45,869 bases of DNA, from the IMG/VR virus record IMGVR_UViG_3300045988_123909; one strand, given 5' to 3'. The DNA comes from a virus. Each line of letters begins with the position of its first letter. Position 1 is the first letter of the stretch. The notes under the pieces were generated by a model that had not been told where the DNA came from, did not search any database, and saw only the letters and a list, made by a program, of their open reading frames with translations. A program made the translations under genes and the position numbers. Below are positions 1 to 9,000 of this stretch, one piece after another.

Positions 1-180
1 CCATCTGCAGGTATCTGTTCTTCTTCAGCTGAAGTATTACTTGAGCCATCTGCAGGTATCTGTTCTTCTTCAGCTGAAGTATTACTTGAACCATCTGCAG
101 ACTCCTGTTCTCCTTCGGTTGAAGTATCACTAGAACCATCTATAGGTTCCTGCCCTTCCCCAGTTGAAGTATCGTTTAGA
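1..180. repeat. 45-bp in-frame tandem repeat, 4 progressively diverging copies (1-45, 46-90, 91-135, 136-180); more copies at 45793..45869
   Basis: Direct reading. The unit is ccatctgcaggtatctgttcttcttcagctgaagtattacttgag, encoding SAEEEQIPADGSSNT on the minus strand. Confidence 0.9.
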
Positions 181-410
181 TTCTCGTTTAATTTCTCGAA
201 ATAGATTCGATAATCTACGATATCTCCCTCGTCGCACTCATCCAAAAGGGCGTAGAGTATTTCGTCTGCATACCGTTTCGGGTCACGGGCGAAACGAGTA
301 AGTTTAGGATATCGAGGGTTTACATCCTCCAGGAGAGCAAGGTCGGCTTCAGCGTGAACAGTACCTCGAAGCTTGTTGAATAATTGTAATTTTTCTCTTC
401 TACTAATCAT
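1..410 (-). CDS. Acidic tandem-repeat protein, N-terminal part (ORF leaves the window at position 1; continues at 45687..45869 if circular)
   Basis: ATG at 410-408 on the minus strand. Hand translation gives MISRREKLQLFNKLRGTVHAEADLALLEDVNPRYPKL...YFEKLNENLNDTSTGEGQEPIDGSS, followed by 15-aa D/E/S-rich repeats. The frame stays open to the window edge. Confidence 0.6.
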   Translation of the reverse strand, partial: MISRREKLQLFNKLRGTVHAEADLALLEDVNPRYPKLTRFARDPKRYADEILYALLDECDEGDIVDYRIYFEKLNENLNDTSTGEGQEPIDGSSDTSTEGEQESADGSSNTSAEEEQIPADGSSNTSAEEEQIPAD

Positions 411-493
411 ACCTTATATATTATAAAAGGTGCGCCACCTCTTGTGGCGACACACCTTAAAATTAACTAATAAACTAAATAAAATGAGAAACG

Positions 494-1300
494 CTAAGAA
501 ATCGTCGCCTTACCAGTTGAAGAACCTGAAGCCGTATTCTGCTTTGTGCCAGGAGCCGTATCTGAATGAACGGCAGCCGCGGCAGCTGTCACACCAAGAG
601 GATCCTCAGCATACAGGCAAGGAAGGTCTACAGATGTGCGCTTAAAGGTGAAGGTGGTGTATCGGCCGTCCTTATCATCCTTAGTCTCTGTATTATTGAG
701 AATCATAGGGCGCTCAGGTTCGCCGACGATATACCATTGGGTATCCTTTACATGCTTATAAAGAATAATAAACTTACCACCAGCATACTGCTCAATGAAG
801 TTATAGAGATCCACACGAGTGCCACCCATGATGATTACCAGGTTATTCTCGCCAGATGTCGTGATATCTCCCTTCTCTGTCGTAGCCGTGAACGTAGGAA
901 TATCGTGTGCATCGAAGAGATATGCCTTCAGAGTGTCGGAAGTAGCCGTCTTAAACGGTATTGCATTGACCATGCGGTCTTTATCCGGCTGAGGGAAGGG
1001 CTGCGACAGGTCAACTAAAGTCGTAGGAACCAATACCACCTGGTAAGCAATGGCAGAACCATGGGTATCTCGGTCTGTCACATCTTCGATAGATGTCAGC
1101 GCAACGAACGAAGCCATAGAGACTCCTGTGCCACCTATACCGAAGGTAGATGTAGGATCAGATAACATCTGCAGAAGTGAAACGATGCCAAGCAGCATAA
1201 TGAGCGTCATGAAGAGAAGACGGCCCTTATGCTGGGCATAATGATAACCCTTGTTAGGGTTATAAGTACGAGAACGTACTGGAATATTGTTTTTCTTCAT
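494..1300 (-). CDS. Hypothetical virion-module protein with N-terminal transmembrane or signal-anchor segment
   Basis: 268-aa ORF with ATG start, directly downstream of the capsid gene. Hydrophobic stretch LLFMTLIMLLGIVSLLQML near the N-terminus. Confidence 0.55.
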   Translation of the reverse strand: MKKNNIPVRSRTYNPNKGYHYAQHKGRLLFMTLIMLLGIVSLLQMLSDPTSTFGIGGTGVSMASFVALTSIEDVTDRDTHGSAIAYQVVLVPTTLVDLSQPFPQPDKDRMVNAIPFKTATSDTLKAYLFDAHDIPTFTATTEKGDITTSGENNLVIIMGGTRVDLYNFIEQYAGGKFIILYKHVKDTQWYIVGEPERPMILNNTETKDDKDGRYTTFTFKRTSVDLPCLYAEDPLGVTAAAAAVHSDTAPGTKQNTASGSSTGKATIS

Positions 1301-1322
1301 AATTTTTTCTGAAAATGTAGGC

Positions 1323-1339
1323 GAGGTACGCCGTACCTC
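1323..1339 (-). terminator. Small hairpin after the capsid gene (gaggtac-gcc-gtacctc), possible attenuator or terminator
   Basis: 7-bp stem with 3-nt loop, 36 nt downstream of the capsid stop. Followed on the minus strand by a T-containing tract. Confidence 0.3.
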
Positions 1340-1374
1340 ACCTACGAGTTAACAATATATATATATAATAAGGA

Positions 1375-3402
1375 CTAACGGCCACCAGGAACATTAGGCT
1401 GAACAGCCTTGTTAATGGTTCGCTTGCCACCTACGCGACGTTCGAGCTCACGGAACTTCTCGTCCTTGCCGAGAATAACCATGATGTAGTCGCCAGCCTG
1501 GCTAGGAGTCCATGCTGCGGTAATATTTGCAAACTTGCCACTATTGGCGATGGTAAGCTGGTGCTGGGCATCATCCTCACCAATCTCGATGCAGTAAGCT
1601 ACGCCAGCCTTCGCATTCGTGATATTCTCGATAGTGGTTGCTGTAGTAGCAGCATCTGTAATCTGCCAGAAGCCGTTTGCACCGTTGATCTCTGCACCAA
1701 TAACAGTTGCAGGGAGGTTGGTAAAGATCTGCTGGAACTCGTAATCGTTGGCATCCATGGCAGCCTTGCTGTCAAACTTGCGGCCAGTAAAGGCTGCGCC
1801 ACAACCTTCCTTCCAGGTACTCCAGGCACGAACCATCTCCATCTGTTCCTCCATCTTCACGGCGAACATCTCGCCAGGGAGGTTCTCTACGAACTGAATA
1901 TTGCCAGGGACGTCCATGAACATCCAGCAAGACTTGCCCTCGTATGGGAGCCACTTAATCTGAATGGTAGAGTCTGGGACGCGGTTCTTGTAGCCGTTAG
2001 GACCGGTAAAGTCCTGATCCTTGCCATAAGTCTCGCGGCAGTTAGCAAGCCACCAGTCAATATGGTTTTCATTGAGATAGAGAACATGGTTATCGATGGT
2101 CATGCCCTCAGAGAGGTGAGTCTTAACGTCGGTAATGAACTCCTTAACCGCATCCAGCATATTAGCTGAAGTATAAGTATTGTAGCTCTTATTAGCAAAT
2201 GGCTTAATGCTGTAATCGTGGATGTAACGGAGCAAGGTGTACCAGATACCTGTACCTGCATTGAGGTAGCTTGACGCCTGTCCTACCTCTGGCTTGACGT
2301 AAATACCACGCATACGACGCTGGTTCTGCTCGTCCTGAGCCTTCTTCAAGAGGTTGAGAAGGCAGAATTCAACCATAGACCACTTGATAGGATCGGAGCC
2401 CTCCTTATTGAGATAAGCGATATACTTACGCTCAAGTTCCTTCATTGGGCCAAACTTAACCTTAATCATGGCGTCATCAACATAGCCCATCTCGTTTTCG
2501 AGCTGCATGCCACCCTTGTAGATCTCACCTTCCTGGTAGCCCTGAGATACCTCATCGAAGAATGCGTTGAAGAGAATGTCACGATCCTGAACACCATAGC
2601 GAACAGGGAAAAACTCTGTAAGATTACGAAGTTCAAGGATTCGGGCAATAAGCGCATCCTGGCGAAGGATAACGAACTGGTCACCCAGTCCTGCATTATC
2701 CACGCCTGAGTAATTTGTGGCAAACTGGCCGGAAGCGAGAGCTTTGACGTTACCGAGCTCGTTGCGTACCTGGTGATACTTGTAGCGTTCCTGGAGCGAT
2801 CTCGCGAACGCCATCGCTTCGGTACGGAATGCCTTGCCGTCTGTCTCCTCGTTTGGCGCAGATGCTAAGGCTATCTCAGGATTAGCGACAATGCGGTTCC
2901 AGCGCTTTTTCATATCGAACATAGAATGCTCGATACCGAAAAGGTAGTTAGCGTTAGTTTTGAAACCGTTAATAGGAATAGAAGGAGCAGTAACATGAGC
3001 AGCAGGTTTGTCATCTGCTGTACTATTAGCCATCTTCTTCATATTCTCAGCGAGAATGTTGACAGCCGTAGAGAGTTTCTCGAACGATACATCCTGGCTG
3101 TTCTCGTTCTTCTTTCCTGCATCATCATCGTCGTCGCCACTTCCATCGCCGTCAGGATCATCATCCTTTGACTTGTTAGCCTTTGAGACAATGGCATAGA
3201 GCTCATTGATCTGCTTCTGATGCTCAGCCTGCTCGGCTGCACTATTCTCCTCAGCGAGGTCATCCATGAGAGTACTCTGGTACTCTTTCTGGTACGCCTC
3301 GCAAAGAGCCTTATACTCATCTGCGGTAAGGCTCTTATTCTCAAACTTCTTAGTAAAACCAAGACTCTCGAGAACCTTGTTTAACTTTGCTTTGAAATTC
3401 AT
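1375..3402 (-). CDS. Putative major capsid protein with N-terminal coiled-coil/poly-acidic (scaffold-like) extension
   Basis: 675-aa ORF immediately downstream of the prohead protease. The N-terminal ~130 aa are helical and very acidic (DDDPDGDGSGDDDDD). Call rests on size and position in the head module; no motif-level proof. Confidence 0.6.
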   Translation of the reverse strand: MNFKAKLNKVLESLGFTKKFENKSLTADEYKALCEAYQKEYQSTLMDDLAEENSAAEQAEHQKQINELYAIVSKANKSKDDDPDGDGSGDDDDDAGKKNENSQDVSFEKLSTAVNILAENMKKMANSTADDKPAAHVTAPSIPINGFKTNANYLFGIEHSMFDMKKRWNRIVANPEIALASAPNEETDGKAFRTEAMAFARSLQERYKYHQVRNELGNVKALASGQFATNYSGVDNAGLGDQFVILRQDALIARILELRNLTEFFPVRYGVQDRDILFNAFFDEVSQGYQEGEIYKGGMQLENEMGYVDDAMIKVKFGPMKELERKYIAYLNKEGSDPIKWSMVEFCLLNLLKKAQDEQNQRRMRGIYVKPEVGQASSYLNAGTGIWYTLLRYIHDYSIKPFANKSYNTYTSANMLDAVKEFITDVKTHLSEGMTIDNHVLYLNENHIDWWLANCRETYGKDQDFTGPNGYKNRVPDSTIQIKWLPYEGKSCWMFMDVPGNIQFVENLPGEMFAVKMEEQMEMVRAWSTWKEGCGAAFTGRKFDSKAAMDANDYEFQQIFTNLPATVIGAEINGANGFWQITDAATTATTIENITNAKAGVAYCIEIGEDDAQHQLTIANSGKFANITAAWTPSQAGDYIMVILGKDEKFRELERRVGGKRTINKAVQPNVPGGR

Positions 3403-3453
3403 AAATCAATCATTTAAATATTAAAACAACTTAGATCAAACAAAAATAATATA

Positions 3454-4437
3454 TTAGCTAAATCCGTAAAGGCTCTGCGTCCCCATATAGGCCTCTCCCA
3501 GTTCTGCCACCTCTGCAATCGCCTCCAGTAAGGTGCGCTTACCGTCGATGAGACCGACTTCTTCGGCTGGAGCGGTATACAGGCTCTCTCCCTGAAGTAC
3601 CGGGGCGTCATCATCCAGTTCTGCCAGTTTGGAACGCTGAGATTTCACTTCTGCCAGGAACTGTTCATTCATCGGATCAAGAACATTCTTAATATAGTCT
3701 TCAGACTTACCGTCCTTCAGGTCCTCGAAAATCTTATTCTTCCGGCTAGAATTGGTAGCCTTCGCTACAATCTTCTTCAGCCCTAACTTCTCGAAGTATG
3801 GCTCAAAGTTCCAGAAGGAACACATAGTACCGATGCATCCAACGAAGTCATGATTCGTTGTTGCGTAAAGTTTCTGACCATGACAGCCGATGTAATAGGC
3901 TGCCGATGCGCAGTATTCTTCATAGATGGCAATGATAGGTTTCTTGGCGCTTCGCAGAGTCTCGCTCAATCGATCCATGTACCATGCCTCTCCTCCTGGA
4001 GAATTGATATGAAGGAGATGAGCGGATATCTGCGGGTTGTTCTCAGCGGCAATAATATCCTGTTCCAGCTGTTTGGAAGAGAAATACCAGTAGCTGTTTG
4101 CTGTCACAACTCCGAATACACGATGATATGCGATTGTACCATCATCCAGAGATGGCGAATTGTATTCATCCGTAAGCTGTACACTTTTCGTTTCATCTCT
4201 CTGCGATACCTTGGCAGATATCGCTAACAGCGCTTCATGCGTCTCGTACTGATAATATGTATGAGTCTTGAGATACTCCCGGATCTCAGGAATACTCATC
4301 GCCTGTTCGGCTTTTTTCTGTTCGAAGCTTACCACCGTGCCATTCAACGGAAAAGCAGCTACCATCAGCTGACGGTAGGCATCCTCAGTAATCCATAGAG
4401 GTAGAGTGGAAAGCAGAAGGGTCTGTATTTCGTCCAT
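3454..4437 (-). CDS. Prohead (head maturation) serine protease, ClpP/S49 (SppA-like) family
   Basis: Motifs INSPGGEAWY and ASAAYYIG are typical of S49/ClpP-fold peptidases. It sits directly upstream of the capsid gene. Start moved to the internal ATG at 4437 (MDEIQTLL), because the longer ORF overlaps the upstream gene. Confidence 0.75.
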   Translation of the reverse strand: MDEIQTLLLSTLPLWITEDAYRQLMVAAFPLNGTVVSFEQKKAEQAMSIPEIREYLKTHTYYQYETHEALLAISAKVSQRDETKSVQLTDEYNSPSLDDGTIAYHRVFGVVTANSYWYFSSKQLEQDIIAAENNPQISAHLLHINSPGGEAWYMDRLSETLRSAKKPIIAIYEEYCASAAYYIGCHGQKLYATTNHDFVGCIGTMCSFWNFEPYFEKLGLKKIVAKATNSSRKNKIFEDLKDGKSEDYIKNVLDPMNEQFLAEVKSQRSKLAELDDDAPVLQGESLYTAPAEEVGLIDGKRTLLEAIAEVAELGEAYMGTQSLYGFS

Positions 4438-4490
4438 CTTAATTAAGTTTTCTACAAAGGTACATATATATAATATGTATATAAAAGACC

Positions 4491-4841
4491 TTAAAGCAAT
4501 GGGTTCGCAAGCATTTTGCACTTAACGATAAGCTTCGCCTTATTCAGATGTCTGACGAGCTGAACCTTCGCCGGGATTGTTTCCGTACCTATCTCGTACG
4601 TACGTGCATCAGGAAGTCCAACACTTGCGAGCGTGACGATAGCGCTGCGAGGAACCTTTAGTTTGTTAAAAATGCTCTCGTCCGCTATATCGACAATAAA
4701 TGTCTTACTACAATCCCAGTACACACCTCCATTTTCCTCTGTCATTGAAGGCTCGAATGTGAACGGATCGGCGCTGAGGACTATGTTTCTTTCTGTGCCT
4801 CCGAGAGAGGAAATCATTAAAAGACAGGAAAACTCTTTCAT
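4491..4841 (-). CDS. Hypothetical protein (head module)
   Basis: ORF in the track. The ATG at 4841 (MKEFSCLL...) is preferred over the longer extension. Confidence 0.45.
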   Translation of the reverse strand: MKEFSCLLMISSLGGTERNIVLSADPFTFEPSMTEENGGVYWDCSKTFIVDIADESIFNKLKVPRSAIVTLASVGLPDARTYEIGTETIPAKVQLVRHLNKAKLIVKCKMLANPLL

Positions 4842-4915
4842 AATGTTAAATTTTAGAGCGATTATTACTAATTTTTGAGTGACAGAAATTTGCACTCAGT
4901 ATGTATTAAAAATAA

Positions 4916-5443
4916 TTAAATACCCCGTTTTTTTTGGTATTTTCGAGGTGTTTTCGGAAAAAGCCGCTGGCGGTAGCGATAAAAGTTCTTCAGGAGCGCA
5001 TCGGGCGATATAGACCTCAGAGAGTATCTCCTGATGAAATTGTCTACCACATCCTGGTTCCGTAACGGCCTGCCCAACTCTTCATTCTCAATCATGAGTC
5101 GGTGAAACTCGAAATTGAAGAGAAGTCGAATATGCTCTTCGATTTTTTTCGCCGCATTACTGGATAGATAATTGAAGTAAGCCGGATCCTTACCAGGATG
5201 TCCATCCATCTTTGAGCGCCGTGAAGGCAGATATATCTTGAGATTACAGTCTTGCATGACGTCATGATGAGAGTCTGGCTTGGCCATACAATTCCACACC
5301 ACATGATACAGATCTGTGGTGTATGGTATTTTTACTCCGCCTGTTTCTGGCTCAATTTCTAGCTTTTTTTGAATATACTCTGCCAAATAGGGCTCAATTC
5401 TAACAGACGCTGTTCGTTTCGAGAGACGTTTTTTTCTTTCCAT
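4916..5443 (-). CDS. Hypothetical basic protein, first gene of the late/head operon
   Basis: 175-aa ORF with ATG start and a K/R-rich C-terminus. It follows a TAtcTTTG promoter box and the iteron region. Confidence 0.5.
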   Translation of the reverse strand: MERKKRLSKRTASVRIEPYLAEYIQKKLEIEPETGGVKIPYTTDLYHVVWNCMAKPDSHHDVMQDCNLKIYLPSRRSKMDGHPGKDPAYFNYLSSNAAKKIEEHIRLLFNFEFHRLMIENEELGRPLRNQDVVDNFIRRYSLRSISPDALLKNFYRYRQRLFPKTPRKYQKKRGI

Positions 5444-5465
5444 ATCGTTTTTGCTTATTTTAGCT

Positions 5466-5812
5466 TCCTACCGTCCTACAATCCTACAAATTGCAGGCTT
5501 ACGAATGCAAAGATACTAAATTTCAGCGAGTTACACAAATTTAATCAAACATATTTTAGTCCTACACACTCATTTTTTCGCTTCCTACACGTCCTACAAT
5601 CCTACAAAATGGGATATTTTGTAGGATGAGATCTCCGAAAGCACCAAAATGCGAAAATTTCCTATTTCCTACAACGTCCTACAATCCTACAGCATTTCCT
5701 ACAAAAACACAAAAACACAAAAATACACATAACATACTGATAATAAGATAAATAGATAATAATAATAGTTTGAAAAGAAATGCATTTGTAGGATTGTAGG
5801 ATTGTAGGAAGG
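5466..5812. repeat. Iteron array: about 12 direct and 4 inverted copies of TCCTACA(A), often as TCCTACAATCCTACA, flanking an AT-rich tract; putative origin or regulator-binding region
   Basis: Direct copies at about 5467, 5474, 5482, 5560, 5583, 5592, 5600, 5667, 5677, 5685 and 5697. Inverted copies at 5616-5626 and 5787-5812. AT-rich aaaaacac repeats lie at 5700-5785. Confidence 0.7.
5508..5515 (-). promoter_or_regulatory. Bacteroidota-type -7 promoter box (TATCTTTG on minus strand) for the head operon
   Basis: Plus-strand caaagata is the reverse complement of TATCTTTG, about 65 nt upstream of the ATG at 5443. Confidence 0.5.
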
Positions 5813-5919
5813 CATTTTTCTGAAAATCATTTTCAAAACTTCGTTTTCTCGGTTATTTTTGAAATTTTAGGGGGTACGGGGGATTTTTCGCATCTGAAAC
5901 ACACATAAATGTAAAGAAA

Positions 5920-5953
5920 TACCCACGCTCGCCCTCCCGGGCTTACGTGGGTA
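5920..5953 (-). terminator. Putative intrinsic terminator of the replication operon
   Basis: Stem tacccacg / cgtgggta (8 bp) with a GC-rich inner stem. Followed on the minus strand by ATTTCTTT. Lies about 125 nt downstream of the primase-helicase stop. Confidence 0.45.
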
Positions 5954-5992
5954 AAAATATGCAAAATTCAACTCAAATTTATGTGGAAAATC

Positions 5993-6024
5993 TTTGGTTT
6001 TCTCGAATATTTTTTGTATCTTTG
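5993..6024 (+). promoter_or_regulatory. Canonical Bacteroidota promoter on the plus strand (TTTG - 20 nt - TATCTTTG), pointing antisense into the primase-helicase 3' end
   Basis: tttg at 5993-5996 and tatctttg at 6017-6024, with a 20-nt spacer. No convincing plus-strand ORF lies downstream. Confidence 0.4.
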
Positions 6025-6078
6025 TATCGTTAAATTGGAGTAATCTACATCTTATATAAGATAGTTTTTCAACTCTTA

Positions 6079-9000
6079 TCAGAACGGTTTATCCCCATTC
6101 TTGCCGGCGTCTGTTTCATCAAATGGTATACTGCCAGGCTTGTACTGCTGGGTATTAATATCAGTATTAGCCTCTTCATTCACTCCTGAAGTGCTCAGAG
6201 CGACGCTCTCGGCGGGGATTTCTCCTCGTCTGAAGTCGATATTATACATCTCCATGAACTTATCGTAGTCGATGATAATTGCACTTGTAGATGTAGAGCG
6301 CTCCTTACGCACTCTTACCATCGTTTCCTGGTCATCCGGCTTAGCAACCTCGACGGTCTCCTCCCATGCGAAGCGCCGAGATGGTACGGTTCCAATATAT
6401 GATGGATGTGAGCGAAGATTCTGCTCAAGGGTAGATAATGTCGTATTCTCGCTATTGTAGCCACTCCTGTCGTATATGGAATATACGCTGCTTAGGCGCA
6501 GGAAGAGGATATGTGTGCCCGGGTCGAAACCGAATGTCTTCTTGTCTCCGTGAGAATCCTTGCCTGTAACGCTCTTAGGCTGCTCGATGAGCATCTCTCG
6601 GCCAACGAGTACCTGTTTTGTGTCGATCATGTTGTTGACTGCATTGAAGAACATAGCGAGCTTGTCTGTGCTTCGGATCAGAGAAAGCTGGAACTTAATC
6701 TTCTCCTGCACAAGGGCGAAAAACTCATCATACGTAAACGGCAGTTTAAGCTTAGAATATTGCTCTACAAGTTTCACCATTCCGAGGAAGAGGGAAGCCG
6801 TCTTCATGAGTCGGTCCATCTCTCCGGAATTGATTACATCACTCTTGAGCTCGCTGTATGCCTCCTGCTTGAGCGCACGAAAATGGTCCATGACTGCAGG
6901 TCTGAGCGACAGCACTTCTAGTAATACGTTGGATAGCCCTATATTCTTCTCTATATTCTTGAGCTCCTCAAACAGCTTAGTCTCCTCCGGTGTCCTGTTC
7001 TTAGGCTTAGGGACCTCGCAAATGATGACGCGGCTCATCAGGGCATTGTCATCTCGCTGAGGGGTCTCCTGACCGCAAATAACCACCGGCGCAAATACCT
7101 TATCATTCTCGATATCCCTTCCCGAGGTTCCACGGCGTTTCTGCTTTCCGTCTCCATCGTACACAATACCCTTCAGCGCCTGAAACTTGGTATCTGAGAT
7201 ATCCTTGTTGTTGTACTCGTCTAGTACGACTGGCACGTCGCGAAATGTACCCATAATGGTACTCATGGCCGCATCAGTACCTGTATTGAGGTTGAATATC
7301 GGAATGGTAGGACTTATGAACAGAGATCGAATTGAAATTGCAATCTGAGTCTTACCTGAAGACATCGGGCCCATAAAGAACGGAGCCGTAAAGAGTCGGT
7401 CTAGGCAGTGAATATTACTTCTGAAGGCGCACATCAGCGCGAAAACTATCGCCCATTTACCATTATCATTGATTTTGTACACCTTATTCATTAACGATGC
7501 CCATTGTTCGAACGTGACCTGCTTGTTAACAGGTATATCTTCATACACGAGCTGCGATATCAATTCATACTTGTCAGATTGCCTTCCAGATCCGGCATAT
7601 ATAGTAGAGAAGGCAGGGAGATAGTAGTTCATATGATTATGGGTCACTACGCCTAGCTCATTAACCTTCTCGAACACATATTTTCCACTTTCGTCTTCAT
7701 GCGCTATACCGTTGGCGAAGGCGAAGAACTGCTCATCGGTCTTTCGACTCATTCCTTCAGACTGCTGATTGCCGTATGTTTGAATCTCTCGGCACTGAAC
7801 GAAATGGCGGCTCATATACTCCTTGATACGCCTCCACTGCCACTCTTTGCCGTCCATGAAATTCACACCTTCATAGTTGATAAGAACATCCTCGATAGTA
7901 CTCATCTTTTTAAGAGAGCTCGATAGGACTTCAATATACAACGGCTTATCGAAATATCGGCGGTTAACCTTTAATACTCGCTTATTCTGCTCGAAATCCT
8001 CGTTGAAGATATGGAGCAGAGGAACCATATAAAAGTCTGCGACCTGCGAGAAGCCACGTCCATTCTTGTTCTGGAACATGTAACAGACCGGTATTCCCTG
8101 CTTATTCAGACGGGGATAATACTTGCACTCGCGAAACATCTGGGCGTACTCGCCTTCCCTTGCATAGCTAGGAACCTCATCACCATCGAAGTCATCATCA
8201 TACAGATCGTCTTTCAGCGCATTTGCCTTCATGACGTTCTTGCGCTTACTGACGAATGGTTTACGGATCTCGTCAAACTGACCCTTAGATAATCCCAACT
8301 TACTGCAGTAATGATTCTTGTTTACGGTGATGACTGTCTCTTCTGCGTAGCTTGTCAGTTCTATACACCTGGTAATGATTGGAACCTTGTCGCCCAGGAA
8401 ACCAGACAGCAAATCTCCATGTATACGTATATAGAAGTCGATGAAGGATTCTACCTTATCTTTATGCATAACTCTGATTTGCGAGATTCCTGCCTTGAAC
8501 ATTTCGGCCAGAGCGGAGAGATAGCTGCTATCATCGCCTGTCGTCGTATCTATGCTGCAGCCTTCTTCAGTTGTGGCTAGATAGCAGCAGATTCGGCGTA
8601 GGTTTTGAATATCGGTGGCAGACGGAGTACCAGCTATGTATACGATCGGATTATCACCATATGACTCCATGAAGGTATCGATAGATGATGTTACGATAGC
8701 AGGCTCATTATTCCTCAGATTATCCTTCAGATCGTCAAGTCCAAAAATACCCTGTTGCATATCTTCTTTCTTAATACTATCAACATTGCGTCGGATATCC
8801 CGAACTTTATCTTCCAAGATTGTCATCTTTGTATCGAAGTCCTTAGTCATGCTCTTCATATACTCAAGACGCAGTCCGACGTCCTGCACGCATGCTACTA
8901 GGTTGGCGATAGTATTCATGGCTGAAGCGATTGTAGCCTCGTCCTTGCATCCGCGAGGAACCAGCATTCTTTTCATCGCCTTCGGAAATGTTTCAGTTGC

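Noticed and set aside
1-180. Regular 45-bp repeats at both window edges as a possible CRISPR array or true direct terminal repeats
   Set aside because: The repeats are contiguous with no spacers, they are in frame, and they encode a 15-aa acidic repeat within one ORF. The 77-nt identity between the window ends is most simply an assembly overlap of a circular or permuted genome. True physical ends cannot be inferred from the sequence alone.
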